Source: Octopus vulgaris | Taxonomy: Eukaryota | Length of the DNA stretch: 64,000 nucleotides | Direction: 5' to 3' | Assembly: GCA_951406725.2 (NCBI GenBank) | Contig: OX597814.1 | Span: 48,732,001-48,796,000 of the forward strand | Shown here: positions 26,090-41,214 of the stretch, in pieces | How the letters are laid out: each line of letters opens with the position of its first letter | How positions within the stretch are numbered: position 1 is the stretch's first letter | The notes under the pieces: generated by a model | What the model saw: the letters and a program-made list of their open reading frames with translations, nothing else | What the model was told of the DNA's origin: nothing | The model's database searches: none | Program-made: the position numbers and the translations under genes

Positions 26090-27370
26090 CGAGGTGGTAT
26101 CAAAAAGTTCCTGTATTAGTTATGTTTAATAAAAGAAAATAACTTACCTAAGTTTTAACACCATCTTCTTCGAAACAGTCACCTTGCGCAGCAATACACT
26201 GGTCCCAGCGTTCCTGCCACTTTTGGAATCCGACCTGGAAGTTGTTTTTCGTGATCGAGTCGAGGACCTTCTGCGATTCGCTCTGGATCTCGACAACGGT
26301 GTTAAAAAGGTGACCTTTGAGCTGCATTTTCATTTTGGGGAAGAGATGGAAGTCCGCTCTGCAGGGACTAAATCTGGCGAGTGGGGCGGGTGCGGAAGCG
26401 ATACCATGTTGTTTTTGGTGATAAACGACTGAGAACTTGGTGAGGAATCGAATTCTTCGCGCTCCACAAGTCCGGTCGCTTTCGCCGAATGTTTCCCTCA
26501 GATGCTTCAAAACGTCGCAGTAGAACTCCCGATTGATGGTCTTACTCTGGCGGGCACAATATCGCGGATGTTGAAAATATGATGAGCATGCTCTTGCTTG
26601 AGCAGCAGCAGCAGCTCTGCCATGCCTCCTTCGGTGGTGGAGATGAATGGCTCTTTCATTGTGACGACTGATGCTTCGTCTCAGGGTCGTACCCGTAGAC
26701 CCAACTCTCACCACCGGTGAGGATCCTTGACATGAAGGATGGGTCATCAGGGGTACGCTGAGATGGATCTTGACAGACTTCGACACGATGCTCTTTCTCT
26801 TCAGTGGTCAGCAGGCGTGGACAAACTTGGCAGAGACACGCCGCATGTTCAATTCTGACGTTAGGATTTCCCGCACGGATCATACGTTAGACCAACAACA
26901 TCGGCAATGTCGTTGATTTCCTCCGACGATCTTCATGCTCAAGCTGATAATTTTCTCCATATTTCCGGGGGTGATGCTGGTGGCAGGTCTTCCAGATCAC
27001 TCATCGTCTTCTAGGGACGTTCTTCAACTTTTGAAGTGCCCATATCACTCGAAACATTGCGTACAACCCATTGCCTCGTCACCGTTAGCTTACCGAAACA
27101 TACATGTCTTTGTAGCAAACTTCTTAAGTTTAACGCAAAATTTCACGTTGGCTTTTTGTTACAACTTCTTGTTCGTAACAAAATCGCAGACTATAGCATA
27201 CGCGTAATCACAAAAAACACAAATTTCACAACTTGCGAAGTAGACACAACAATATCACTCAGCATGCTGCCTCATGGTGGTCACCGTTAGCTCTCATCGC
27301 GCATGCAACCGTGTGCTGCCATCTGTTGGCGCGCTACCGAACTAGTCCGGGAACTTTTGATACCACCTCG
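26090..27370 (-). mobile_element. mariner (DD34D) transposon with a frameshifted transposase
   Basis: TIRs cgaggtggtatcaaaa(a)gttcc with TA on the left. Motifs CPRLLT, ILTGGESWVYGYDPETK, DFHLFPKMK and WDQCIAAQGDCFE. Confidence 0.92.
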
Positions 27371-28155
27371 CATAGTGACTAACTGAATTTTAGTAGAACA
27401 TTTTGTGTTAATGAATCGTCAGAATTCTACTCTTCCCATGGCCAAACTCGGGGAATTTAATGTCTAGACTGGCATTCGTATTAGTTAAACCATTTTAATT
27501 CACCTTGACTCTCACTGATTCTTTTTAATGGCTTTTTAAACGTTTGCTAGAATTCCTTAACATTGTTAGTACGCGTTCTCGTAATGAGGTTATTACAGTC
27601 ACCAGAGTGATTAACCGTACTTTGCTGATAATTAACAGTTGCCTATCCATTATGCGCATGTCATTCATCCATAATCCTTTTGGTTCCTGGAGCCGCGCAT
27701 TGCTGAACAAATGGTATTAATGCTGCCATACTCCTTTCATTTACATGTATTAGGTAGCCCTTCTTTCTAGTGTTATCACACATTCCAAACGCCCAAAATT
27801 ATTGAGGGAAAAAAGAAGCTGTCTTGATGTTTTTACGCATTAAGAATCCATGCGATGGCGTTTTGCGAAGATTTTCACTAAGCTGAGCATCAATGTGAAG
27901 TAGTTTCCATTATAGAACTCAGGAATATTGTTTTATTAAAGGTGAACAATAATGAAAATATCGAATAGGTGGTGTTACCGTCGGTCTCGACGATGAGCAT
28001 TCAGCTGTTCAGTTAACTTGGTTTCCTACTCATGAAATTGACGAGTAAGTGGCTGAGTATTCCGTAGACATGAAATTCTGGGGACAAACCAACGAGATAC
28101 AATGAGACAATACAATTATAGATAGCATGCAGGGAGAGAGATGGAGAGGTAAGGA

Positions 28156-28223
<68 letters not shown>

Positions 28224-28483
28224 GGATTTGTTCCCGAAAGAATGATAAGCAATGATGACTTCGGCGGGATTTGAAATCAGAGCACCGATATCAGAAAGTA
28301 ACATCACAAGACATTCTATCCAGCAGTCTCGTTATTTCTGCGAGTTGACCGCTTATAATGGAAGAACTCAATAATGAAAGATTTCCGTTATGCATTCATT
28401 TTTGACGAGCCGTTCTTTACGTCCAGCGCTTCTTTAAATATAAGCACGTATCCTGATGAATTCAAATTTTAAAGTAATACAGG

Positions 28484-28533
<50 letters not shown>

Positions 28534-30324
28534 CACGCAATTATGAGCTAAAATATTGCCAAATGCATCATCATTATCAGTTCCACTAAATATTGCTTGC
28601 ACCTGATGTCCTGTAAACGGCGAAGTGAATACTACAATTAATCTTGAATTTCTTACTACAATTCTTTCATAGGCATTTAACATCTGATGTGCTCTTCTCT
28701 CGGGATCACCAATATTTGTACTTAAAGAACGAAAGTATTCGATAATCAAAGTATATCAGCGGGAATCGCATTGTATGTCACCGTAGAATAACTAATATAT
28801 TTCGTTGTTCTTAACAATAAAGGGCGAAATGATGGAGGAGTGCATAGTTGAGGCTAGCATAACTTCCTTGGAAAATTTTATGATGACAGAGAGTATTTCC
28901 GCAACCAAATATACGCCATTTTAGAATAGAAACTATTTCTCAAAATGTACAGAAGAGAATAAAATTTTAGTTGGAAAAAAAATGCAAAATTTTTTCGATT
29001 GCCCTCTGATAATGTACACGTATTGTTGGTGTTTCCCAGCAGTAATTTTTGCATATGATTTTGGTTAAGTTCTATCAAAGATAAATTTAATTTCATTAGT
29101 ATCCCCCAAATGGGAAAACGCGTGGTGGAGTTATCGAGTTTTAAGAATTTTGTTCGCTAAAATGATGCCCCCTTCAAAAGTTAGTCTTAATTGTAACAGA
29201 TAATGTGCTTCAAAATGATTGGGAAAATTAGAGCAAAAATATGGCTTTTTTGTTAATGTTTCTAAAAAAGACGAAGCTTTTCAATCTTTCATAAGTTATA
29301 GGATACATTCTATGTTCCAAAGGTGATAGATATGAGGGTCATAGAATAACTTTTGTTACTGTGTTATGGTCATTGTTAAAATCATAGAATTCATTCAGTC
29401 CAAGCTTAGATTTGCATTTCTTTTCGAGAGAGTATATCTGAATATGCTAATCTGATTGTTGTCATACAGATGCCCATTGCTTTAGTAAAAGCAAAACAAA
29501 CTTTTTGGTTTAAAAAACCTTTTCCCGAAATCAAATCTGCGCGCGAGCGCGTGTGTATTTGTGACAACGTGATGAATTTTATGAAAAATTAAGTACGCTA
29601 CACTGGTTAACTGACTGATCGTTTTTTAATGATACCAGAATGAAGTTTAATCATAATCAGGAAGGAATGGAAGTATTTCACAGTGTAATTTAAGTGCTTT
29701 TGCAGACATTTTTAAAATTTGTGAAAATTTCAGATAAACATTTTGCAAATATAAATAAGAAACTAGACTTGGAGGTGACTGCCATATATAATGCCATTTA
29801 ATCTATAAATAATCTCTAACTGATTACCGATAAATTCCAGAACTCACTTTCTGATTCCACTGTTGTTATAGGTTTGTATATTCTTATCTCGAACTTATTT
29901 ATGAACCAAGATGTGAAAGATACTGCTTCTCAAAAAAAAACTTCTTTGTAAATTATATAAGGCTCAGTATGAAATGGAAATAATTACTTTTCAAACACGA
30001 GACCCTTATTAGCTGATTCAGAAAAATTAGTTGATTCAGAAACCTTAGTTCTAGACATTAGTCGATTTAGAAAATTTTCCTTTCTATAAAGAAACCTACA
30101 TTTAAATGGAAAGATGTTCTATCTATATTCGTGAATCATGAATTTTGACAATGAAGATTTTAAAATCGAAAAGCAAACCATTACAGACATATGCCTTATC
30201 TCAACTACAGCATGAGAATGGCACTAATAAAATTGGAAACAAATATTATCATATGATACATACATTCATGCATGCATACATACATACATACATACATACA
30301 TACATACATACATACATACATACA

Positions 30325-30356
<32 letters not shown>

Positions 30357-30365
30357 CAAAGACTA

Positions 30366-31744
30366 CAGATCCAATCCATCACTGGAACTGTAAAAACCTG
30401 TAAAACTTTCCAGAACTTTATCATTTAAATATCAAGTCATCCTTTAAGTTCTGTCCCATTTTACCTTTTTAAAAATTGAATAAAATTTAACAGTATTTTA
30501 GAATGTCTAATGGAATTAAAAATTATTTTTATGGATTTAAACTAATTAAATATTATTTTATAGATTAAAAGAATTAAAATTTCTTTGATTAAAACCTTTT
30601 CTAACATGGAATTATCCAAAACGCATTTGAGGCATATAATGCTTTATGAGTACAAAAAGGGAAACTCTGGAGCCGAAGCGACTCGAAACATACACTCAGT
30701 TTATGGGAAAGAATACTTGAATGAAAGAACTTGCAGAAGATGGTTTGCAAAATTCAGAAGTGGAGATTTCAGCCTTGAAGATAAAGATCAAACAGGACGT
30801 CTAGTTGCGTTTGATGATAAGCTCCTTGAGGCATTACTTGAAGAAAATCCTGCATTATCAGTTGAAGAATTGGCAATAAAACTTAGTTCAAACCATACAA
30901 CTGTTCATCATCATTTTCAACAACTTGGAAAGGTTCCTAAACTTGGAAAATGGGTGCCTCATGAATTGTCCGAAAACAACAGCAAATCCCGAGTTGACAT
31001 CTGCTCTTCTCTTCATTCTCGCGAACTCATTTCACGCTTTTTGTATAGACTTGTGACTGGGGACGAAAAATGAATCTTCTACTGGAATGTTAAACGTCGT
31101 AAACAGTGGCTTGGTAAAAGGGAAAAAGCTCAACCACAACCGAGAAGGGAATTTCATGGAAAAAAGGTTATTTTCTCTATCTAGTGGGATTACAAGGAAT
31201 AATTCATTTTGAATTGTTACCACCTAATGCAACAATCAATGGTCAAGTCTACTGTCAACAATTAGAGCGTTTGAACTAGGCTTTGAAGAAAAAAAGATCC
31301 GCTATAGTGAATCGAAAAAGAGTTATGTTTCATCAGGACAATGCGTGACCCCATACTGCAAAGATCACATCACAGAAGATCGAAGAGCTTGGATGGGAAA
31401 AAATGACTCATCCACCTTATTCTCCCGACCTTGCTCCTTCAGACTACCATTTGTTTCGTAGTTTACAGAATCATTTGGGGGTTAGGGTTAAAAGAGCTTT
31501 ACATTGATGGGATGGGATTAAAAAGCTTGTAAATAGATGGAAGGAAGTCATAGATAATCAGGGAAAGTACATTAATGATTAAATTTCAATTGAATATAAC
31601 ATTTGATCACTTGTTTTCTTTATTCAAAATATCTTTTATGTATGTATTCTCATGCATATATCTAGACATGCTCATATATATTTCAATGATAAACATCTGG
31701 AAAGTTTTACAGATTTTTACAGTTCCAGGGATAGATTGGATCTG
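30366..31744 (+). mobile_element. mariner (DD34D) transposon; transposase pseudogene at about 30606-31582
   Basis: TIRs of about 50 bp (cagatccaatc..ctggaactgtaaaaa) with TA at both ends. Motifs WVPHEL, TGDEK, HQDNA and YSPDLAPSDYHLF, with in-frame stops. Confidence 0.95.
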
Positions 31745-32164
31745 TAGCCTTCGAATTAGCTTTTTCTTTCTGGTTTTGAGAAGCAACTATATGAATGAGA
31801 ATATATACATAAAGCAAAATATACAAATCTGCACATATACATACATACATACATACATACATACATACATACATACATACATACATACATGCATGCATGC
31901 ATACATACATACATACATACATACATACATACATACATACATACATACATACATACATACATACATACATACAAAAAAAACCTGTTGTTGATGTTGAAAT
32001 TCCAATGAAGGCGCCTTAGTTAGAAACCGGCTCTTTCTCTATTGGCAAGAAATCTTGAAATAAAACTGAACAATAACACACACACACACACACACACACA
32101 TACATACATACATACATACATACATACATACATACATACATACATACATACATACATACATACA

Positions 32165-32800
32165 TGTGATGACTGCCGACTCGTTAAATGAGTATTACAG
32201 TATTACATTTTGTGTGAACGATAATGGCTCTTGAATCCTGATAGCGACTTGCAGAACTTGTTGCAATTTCGACATTCATGCAAATTCTTCTGAATACTTG
32301 GTTGTTCTGGATCATTATGAGGATATGTTCCTAGCTTGGTAAGAAAGTCGTTGTAGTTTGTTACAGGCTTTTTATCTGGCTTCCTTGATGGCTCACCAAG
32401 AAATTCTGTTGTCATGTGTGATATTCTTAGATGTCATGAGTGATATTCTTTATATATCGGGAGTTACCTCCCTTTCTGAGTATTCTTGTATAAATGGTGG
32501 TCTGCTGGAATGCATGGGTAGAGGGGTCTCTCATGAGGTTCCCTGTGGTACAGCAGAAACCGGACATTGATATGCGATGTCCATTGTGATATCCTTCAAT
32601 ATGTCCTACATGAGAATTTCCATTGTTCAAGATCTACTGAAGCAACTCACTAATTCATTTTTACATGCCTAGTCCTTATCGGTAGAGCATCTCAGAATAT
32701 CGTATGAAGACGCATAACATGATCAGCCTAGTTTATACGGTGACGATGGGTGTGGGCTTCAATAGTAACTGCCTCTTTCTAAAACCCCAGTATTAGGGTT
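32165..32800 (-). pseudogene. RTE-like LINE 3' remnant
   Basis: C-terminal CRNCNKFCKSLSGFKSHYRSH zinc-finger-like tail typical of RTE ORFs. Inserted next to (TACA)n. Confidence 0.5.
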
Positions 32801-33077
32801 ATGTGTTATCCAATAGATAGCCAGGATGTTTCTCAAATACTGCTGATGAAAGCGCTCAAGTGATTTTAGATAATGGTGGTACACCACCCACGTTTCACAT
32901 GATAATAATAGACTGTCGGTACGCAAGAGTTGTAGAATACCAACTAGGCATTATTTTTCAAGCCTCTCTTGGACTGCAAACGACTCCTCCGAACAGCAAA
33001 GAGACGGAGAACTCTGATGAGCCCGAAGTATGCTATTCATTTATAAGAACTGAGCATAAATACAAACATTAATATTA

Positions 33078-33207
<130 letters not shown>

Positions 33208-33415
33208 ATGTATGGCATCTACATTACTTTATCGATAATAAATAGATGCTCTCCACAAAAAAGGCTCTAGAAAATATAGTACTGGGCTAAATAATATACT
33301 ATCCTATTTACTAGTAAATTTTAAAATATGCCAAATTAAGTGATGGTTATTTTCGAGTGAACTAAGATCTGTCCAATCTTAGTTCACTCTTTCTCTCTTT
33401 CACACAGACATGCAC

Positions 33416-33455
<40 letters not shown>

Positions 33456-33951
33456 ATTCACTGAGTCATATTAAACATACACACTTTAACGTACGTATGT
33501 ATGTATATACTTTTGCCTAGTTTTATTTTTCGAATTTCTCCCCAGTGCAGAAAGAGCCAATTTCCAGCCTTGAAACAAGACTCTTTCAATGGAATTTAGA
33601 CATCATCTACATGATTGATATGTATGTGTACATGTATGTATATGTGTTTGCATGTATTATATACGCATGTATGCTTGTATGTTTTAAATTAAAAGTGATA
33701 ATGTACAACAACCTATCGATTCCTGAAAAACAGCTTCCTATTGGTTTTGAGTGACGTGAGACAGTTCGTAAGGTGGGGCCCATTCCATTCAAACTGTTCC
33801 CTGTGGACGACAATTGTGGAAGTGAAATGATTCAAATGGAAATTGAAACTGAGTTGTAGAGTGAGATATGGCATTTTCAGCCATATTACCAGTCTATGTA
33901 TACATACACTGGTGTATGTATGTATTTATATATATATATTTGTATGGGATT

Positions 33952-34279
33952 CAATGATACATATAAACAAATAAACTGCTTGGGTTTAAAATACAAAATA
34001 TATAAACATGTAAACACGTAAATAGAGAGAAACTAGAGAGTGAACATTTTGTGACGATGAATATTCAAGTATACATATATAGATATTTACATATGAACAG
34101 AGCAAACTTACACAGAGTACAAAAGACGCAGAAAATTAATATAAATATCTATATATTTATATTTGAATATTCATCGTCACAAAATTTTCACTCTTTGCTT
34201 TCTCTCTATTTACGTATTTTCATGCTTGTATATTTTGTATATTAAACCCAAGCAGTTTATTTGCTTATTTGCACCATTG
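33952..34279. repeat. Fold-back inverted repeat
   Basis: Arms of about 140 bp (caaataaactgcttgggtttaa / ttaaacccaagcagtttatttg) around a spacer of about 50 bp. Confidence 0.85.
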
Positions 34280-34593
34280 TCTGCATATTTGCTCACCTGA
34301 ATTCCTTTTATGGAAATGCATGTTTTTGTATTTTTTTGTTTTTGTTTTGCTTACTAGTTTGTGTAACTCAGTTTACTTCTGCAAATTATTTTCTGTTGTG
34401 TTTTTTACATGAGAAACAAATGGCAAAAATAGACTTATGATTTGTGGTTAATGAGCTGTGTCAGGGATCATATTATGCAAGGGTCAAAAGATTATCTTAA
34501 TCATTTCTCTATCACTTAACAAAACTCAAAGTCTCAGCCATTATTCTTGCTACGAGGTATTCTTATATAACATATATATATATATATATATAT

Positions 34594-34670
<77 letters not shown>

Positions 34671-34691
34671 ATATAAAATAATAAATAAATG

Positions 34692-34873
34692 TACCCTTTT
34701 AAAACCTAACCAGGCTCATGGGCCCGGTTTCCCAGTTTCTATGGCGTATGTGTTCTCCAGCTGGACGGGACGCCAGTCCATCGCAGCGTTACTCGTTTTT
34801 GCCAGCTGAGTGGACTGGAGCAACGTGAAATGAAGTGTTTTGCTCAAGAACACAACGCGTCGCCTGGTCCAGG
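34692..34873 (-). mobile_element. Family C SINE fragment (V-SINE-like body)
   Basis: gccagctgagtggactggagcaacgtgaaatgaagtgttttgctcaagaacacaac, shared with 36771-36826. Confidence 0.7.
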
Positions 34874-36404
34874 ATATATATATATATATATATATCAGAT
34901 AACAAATAAATCAACTTATTTAGCCTGCAATTCTATATCACATTTTCCCATCCAATGACAAATCTGGTTTTTCATAGCTCTTTGATAATAGAACTTCTAA
35001 CAGTAATTTAGAGCTCTACGCTTTCTCACTGCCACATTGTTTTTACATTTGGAAAACACAGAATACTAATATACAAAACAATATAGATTTATAATTGATT
35101 TTTCCAACCCTACTGTGAACCTGATCTCTTTACAACATAATGCTACAAATTACAAATAACATAAAGCAACGCACTTGACATCATCACTGGATGTACGCAG
35201 ATAACATCCACAAGACAGCAAAAGGAAATGAAAACACCCGGCAAAAACGCAATACCATGCACCGTTTGTTTCTGCAGCAACCTTTAATCATCGCCATTTT
35301 TGGCACGTGTAAAGTACAATAATTCTCAAAACGTCTAGGTACATCGTCAACACACTTAGAATGCTGCTTCAACACCACCTTAAGAACGCAACTCCTCACT
35401 TTCCGAAAAAAATCAAAATACTCAAATTTCAAAATACTCAAAAATAATGACAGAACCAATAACCTCATTAACCCTAATTATCTCAAAACCAGAGGTAATT
35501 ATAGAGAAACGATAATTGTTCTGATTGAGCTCACCTCATCCGTTTTAGCTGAGATCAACATTAGAAGCTATAGGCACACGAAAACAGAAGGAACAGTGTG
35601 TTGGAGGCAAGGTGGTAACATGCATTTCGTGTTACAAGTTGGATTGTGCTCTCCACCGGGAAATGAAATATCTGAGACAGTAAGTATGTGGGTCACACCT
35701 AATATCCAGTCAACTGCCTGCATGTCATTGATCAGCTCGATCAGGTTTGGCCTGTGATAAAACAACAGCAACAACAACAGACGTGTAGGTCTTGCATATT
35801 TCATCAAAGATCCAACAGAGAAATATTCTGCATTTCACAAAAATGTAATACTAGGGTATGTTTTCCGTAAACTTTAAAAGGATGGCAACATCAGCTAGAA
35901 GTGTAGCTTCGCTTGGGTGAATGACCACTATTTCACGTCAGCACTAAGCATACCGTCTGGCATGCTAACGATTTTGCCAGCTCGCCACCTTGAAATAGTA
36001 GAATAATAAGGAGACAATCAGTTTTATATAACGACAATTTCTATTGGGTCAGCAAAAAACAAAAAGAAAAAGCGTAAGCTTTTGTGTGTCGTCTCCAAGG
36101 GAATCTGTCGTGTAGTTGAAGAGTAGGATCACAATGACATTTTTCATCCTCGACCTCAGTACAAGTACTTCCCGTCATAGAGTCAGGTCGTACAGCGATA
36201 AAGGTTTAACAATCTCATTACAATGTGAATGGTCACGCTAGACATTGATTTAAAAGAGATTTAAAAGAGACGTTTAAGGTTGATTTAAACATATTAGCAT
36301 TAACTTAACAGTAGCTACATTACAAATACTATCAGTTCCATCGTACATAAAACTGAGTAGTAATAGAGTAAATCATCAACTGCCTGCCTGTGTGTGTGTG
36401 TGTG

Positions 36405-36900
36405 AAATTAACGTGCAAGTGGCTGAGCACCCCACAAACACACATACCTATTTCTTTATTACCCACAAGGGGCTAAACACAGAGAGAACAAACAAGTACA
36501 GCCATAGGTATTAAGTCGATTACATCGACCCCAGTGCATAACTGGTACTTAATTTATCGACCCCGAAAGGATGAAAGGCAAAGTCGACCTCGGCGGAATT
36601 TGAACTCACAACGTAACAACAGACGAAATACCGCTAAGCATTTCGCCCGTGGTGCTAACATTTCTGCCAGCTCGCCACCTAAACACACATACATACCCTT
36701 GACTTAGTCCTCAGGGTGATTCAGCGTGGCTCGGAATATAACAAGGTTATTATAGGTAAAACTCATTTCTGCCAGCTGAGTGGACGGGAGCAACGTGAAA
36801 TAAAGTGTCTTGTTCAAGGACACAACATCTCACTGGGAATCGAACTGATGACCTTACTATCGTGAGTTGATTACGCTAAACACTAAGCCACGCACCTTCA
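36405..36900 (-). mobile_element. Family C tRNA-SINE with a nested family A SINE (about 36448-36680)
   Basis: The host head reads gcgtggcttagtg..gttcgattccc. The insert is flanked by a 12-bp TSD, aaacacacatac (36436 and 36681). Confidence 0.85.
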
Positions 36901-38483
36901 TATATATATATGTGTGTGTGTGCATGTGTGTGTGTAAGTGTGTGTGTGTGTATGTATGTTTGTATGTGTATATGTATGTACATATTTGTGTGTGTATGTG
37001 TGTGTAAGTGTGTGTGTATATGTATGTTTGTATGTATGCATGTATGTATGTTTGTATGTGTATATGTATATACATATCTATCTATCTATCTATCTATCTA
37101 TCCATACATATATATATATATATATATATATCTATCTATCCATACATATATATATATATATATATAACATGTATATCACTTATGTTACAGACGAGTTATT
37201 TTACTTTTAAGGAAAAAAATTAGTGTTATATTCACGTATCGTTTTAATTCTTGAATTGTTAAAAACTTCGTCGCACTTCTGGGACAGTTTCATCTGCAGA
37301 AGCACCCACCTTCAAGTGTTTAATCGATGAGATGAACCCTTAGATATATTTGTACCTGACACTGGTTCTATCGATACTATTTGTCGAACAACTACGTCAC
37401 GAGACCTAATAGGACCCAAACGTAAACCTAGATCATAAACATATGCAGAGACTCGTGTACACACACACACACACATGGTCTTTTTATACAGTTTCCGTCT
37501 ACCAAATTTCACTCATACTCTATTATTTAATTCAAAGCTTTGGTAGATATCACTTACCTAAGGAACCGGGATTCACATGGTTAAAAGATGAATTTCTTTA
37601 TCACAGAGATATGCCTTTATATAGTACATATTATATGTATACATTACGTATTCTTTAAAGATCGTTTTTTTATGGATTGTTTTCGTATTAATACGGTTTT
37701 GTTTCTGTATGTGATTATGACTTAGTTACGCTTTTGTCTTACTGAGAATTACATGATATGGACCTGAAATGCATTCCGTTTATTTTGTCTACTCATTTGC
37801 CATTTGGGAATTTAGAGAATATCTGAAGTAACACATTCATATCACTTTTCGTTTATTTGTCTGCGGGGTTTTGTTTTCGTTGTACCATATAAAACAATGA
37901 GTATATCAGGGCATAAATATAATAGACTTTCTAGAGGTGACGAGAGCACATGAAAAAAAAAAATCAATTCATGCTTTTGACATAAAAAAAATGAACTTGC
38001 AGCACAGTGGGAAGCCCACAACGAACGACGTGGAGTAAAGTTGAACGACCCTCAGGGAATTTTAACGAATCTATTTTGCAACCTCCTTGTATTCACTAAA
38101 CAAACAGAGGTTCTTCGTATATGCTCTGTTTATCACTGTACATTGATTTCCCATCTATTGTATATTCTTTTACTGATTTCAGTGATTGGACTGAAGCACT
38201 GAAGATACGACCATCATAGATTTTAGTCTATTATCGAATTTTTGTGCTTATTTTTCTCATTTTATCGGGGACGAAATTCAACACGGTTTTCTCAATCAGA
38301 GCCTTCGAAGGACTAAACAAGATGCGTGCATGCATGCATACGTGGGTGCGTGCGTGTGTACGAGCGTGCGTATGTGCGTTCGTGTTTGCGTGCGCGCGTG
38401 TGTTTGTGTGTGCATGTATGTGTGTGTGTGTGTATAGACATACACGCATATATATACACACAATTGTATACGCAGACTCACAG

Positions 38484-38525
<42 letters not shown>

Positions 38526-38603
38526 ACACACACACACACACGGACGTGCACATACATATTTGTGTATTTCAGTGTTCACCATTAAACATAATATATGAAA
38601 GTG

Positions 38604-39293
38604 GGTACTACTAGCGAATACTGGTCCCGGTGCGCGCACACGCGCAGTTGCGCTTCCGCGCTAGCTAGTCGTAAGTAGTCGATCCTACAACGACTTGCGC
38701 GTATGCAACCGTGTTGATTGGCGCATGCGCGATACATACTTGTATCACACGTGCGCGATACATACTTGTATCACACGTGCGCGATACATATTTGTTAGCA
38801 AACAAAATAAAATAATTTTTTACAGAATAAAATAAAAAGTCTAAATTAAAACTTCGAGACTTTATCCTCGTAACATATTTATGGTTCCATAGCACACCAA
38901 TTTGTACATCAACATTTTATTTTATTGTTTGGTGGCATTTTCGAACGAATTGCAAGAAATGTGAGATATTCAATTTTTTTATTTGCTATTTGCTTTTTAT
39001 TTACTTTGTTTAATTTGTGTAAAAAAATTATTTACATTTTTCTAAAAAAATATCTTAGTTTGTTTATAAAAAAATTAATTAACTAAGTTTTTAAAATTAT
39101 TTACTTTGTTCGAAAAATATTTAATTTGTGTAAAAAAATCATATACGTGCGATACAAGTATATATCGCGCATGCGCCAATCAACTCATTTGCATACGCGC
39201 AAGTCGTTGTAGGATCGACTACTTACGACTAGCTAGCGCGGACGCGCGACTGCGCGTGTGCGCGCACCGGGACCGGTATTCGCTAGTAGTACC
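38604..39293. mobile_element. Merlin-like MITE with long TIRs
   Basis: TIRs of about 150 bp starting GGTAC (Merlin consensus GGNRM). Exact 8-bp TSD TGAAAGTG at 38596-38603 and 39294-39301. Confidence 0.85.
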
Positions 39294-40057
39294 TGAAAGT
39301 GCAATCTGAAACAACTAGTAATTTACCTGCAACCTCTTCTCCAAACCGCCCTTTAATATTTTTGAAATTTTCATATTCAAACTAAAAATGAAAGCAATTA
39401 GACAATTGATATGGATCCGTTAAATATTAGGCCTTGTTATGCTACTATGGCAAAAACGAGCGTTTAATGCAAACATAGAAATATTGGAATTCAGTCAGTA
39501 TACTACACTAATTTACGTTATTACATTCTTATAAGAACTAAAGAAGGCTCCTCTATGCAGTTGCCCAACATACTAGAAACAGAAGCCAAATCTCCTTAAA
39601 TCGAAATTCTACCATCTTTAAAAATGTGATGAATGTACTGGGCAATATAGTCACTGTTATACAAACAAACGAAATGGAGTGGATAATTTTGCTACCAGCT
39701 TCACCTTCTTTATTCAGGCCTCCACGTCCCCTTGGCCAGAGAATGGTCTCAACATGTCGTTGCCGAGTCTAATTTTCTATGCCATATTTTACCGTGGACA
39801 AATTTTTTTTTAGCACTACACAATGAGCCGAAATAGCTTGTGGTATGAAAGGGAAATTAGGAAAAGGGAGAAATGAGGCTTTCTTACCTGTCGATCTGGA
39901 GGGAGCGTTCTCTCCCTACCCACGTGAATGTTCTTTTCTCTTGGTCGTGCACACACGTCTTGCCGTTACGCTGTCCGGTTGCCAGCTGACCTCTTCTTGT
40001 GACCGCTGCGCATGCTCGCTTAAGCACTTCCGTCCTCAGGGACTCCCGACAGGGCTT

Positions 40058-40372
40058 CATCATCATCATTGTTCGACCGTGGTCGAGACAATGGAATTTA
40101 CTATGTTACGCCAGACTTCACGGTCCATCATAGCATTACGGAGGTCCTGTTGCTGGATGCCTGTATCCCTGGAGATTACATTAGGGTAGGAGAGTGTGCG
40201 CCCTCTGGTATTGCGAGTAGATGGCTTCCAGAGGAGAAGAGTAGAAATTACTTCTTTTTCAGCTCTACAACAATGTCCAGCAAACTGGACTCTCCTACCT
40301 TTCACAAGAGATGACACAGGTGGTAGTTTCCCATATATTTGCATTTCGGTTGGATGGCGCTTCCACGAGAGA
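40058..40372 (-). pseudogene. 5'-truncated RTE-clade LINE 3' end with a (TGA)n tail
   Basis: IYGKLPPVSSLVKGRRVQFAGHC...AMMDREVWR, followed by tgatgatgatga. Confidence 0.8.
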
Positions 40373-40473
40373 TTTCCACTTCCGCATTCACCACAGCTTC
40401 AGCTCAATACCACAACTGTTCTCCTTAGTCATTGCACGGTGATCGCCATAAGCTTTAAGCTTATATAAATACC

Positions 40474-40516
<43 letters not shown>

Positions 40517-41214
40517 TAATAAACACAATATATATTTTTATGAGTTTCTATTAATTTCATGCGATGGAAAACAGCTCAAACAGCATTTAATAATACGTCT
40601 GGTGCCTTCATGCAATTCTGCCCGCATGGTATAAGTTTGAACAGGAGAACAGGATATGAGAGAAAATACAAGAAAAGTGAGGAAGAAGTAGATGGTCTAC
40701 ATCCTTCTGCTATTTAGGTAGAACCCGAGGATTGTATGAAGGCACCAGGCGTGTTATTAAATGCTGTCTGAGTTGATTTTCATTACATGAAAATATTAGT
40801 AGTTCATAAGGCACAAAACGAGTGAAAGATAAACTGCAGAGGAGTACAACAAAATCAAAACAACAACAACCACAATCTACCTCCTGACACCAATTCCAAC
40901 CAAAGACGAAAGAGCTACAACCACAATCCACCCTTTAGTACCAATACCAACCAAAGAAGAAAGAATTACAGAAAAACCGCAACACCACATAATATAAACC
41001 AAGGAGGAAATTCTTCTTTATTAAATAACCTGGAAAATATGAAGGCCGACCTAAGCCTGGAGATCCAACATCACATATCGAAAACTCTATGAACACACAT
41101 CCGCCACCATCAACTAGAACATCGATCTACTCGCACAGCCCCGAGCAAACACTATTCTCAGCGTTGTCAATGAATAACAAAATACATTTTCCATTTCCAA
41201 TATACCTTAATGGT

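Noticed and set aside
31978-32075. Insert of about 100 bp in (TACA)n containing GAAACCGG
   Set aside because: No CUGANGA-like box or stem II could be assigned in this copy.
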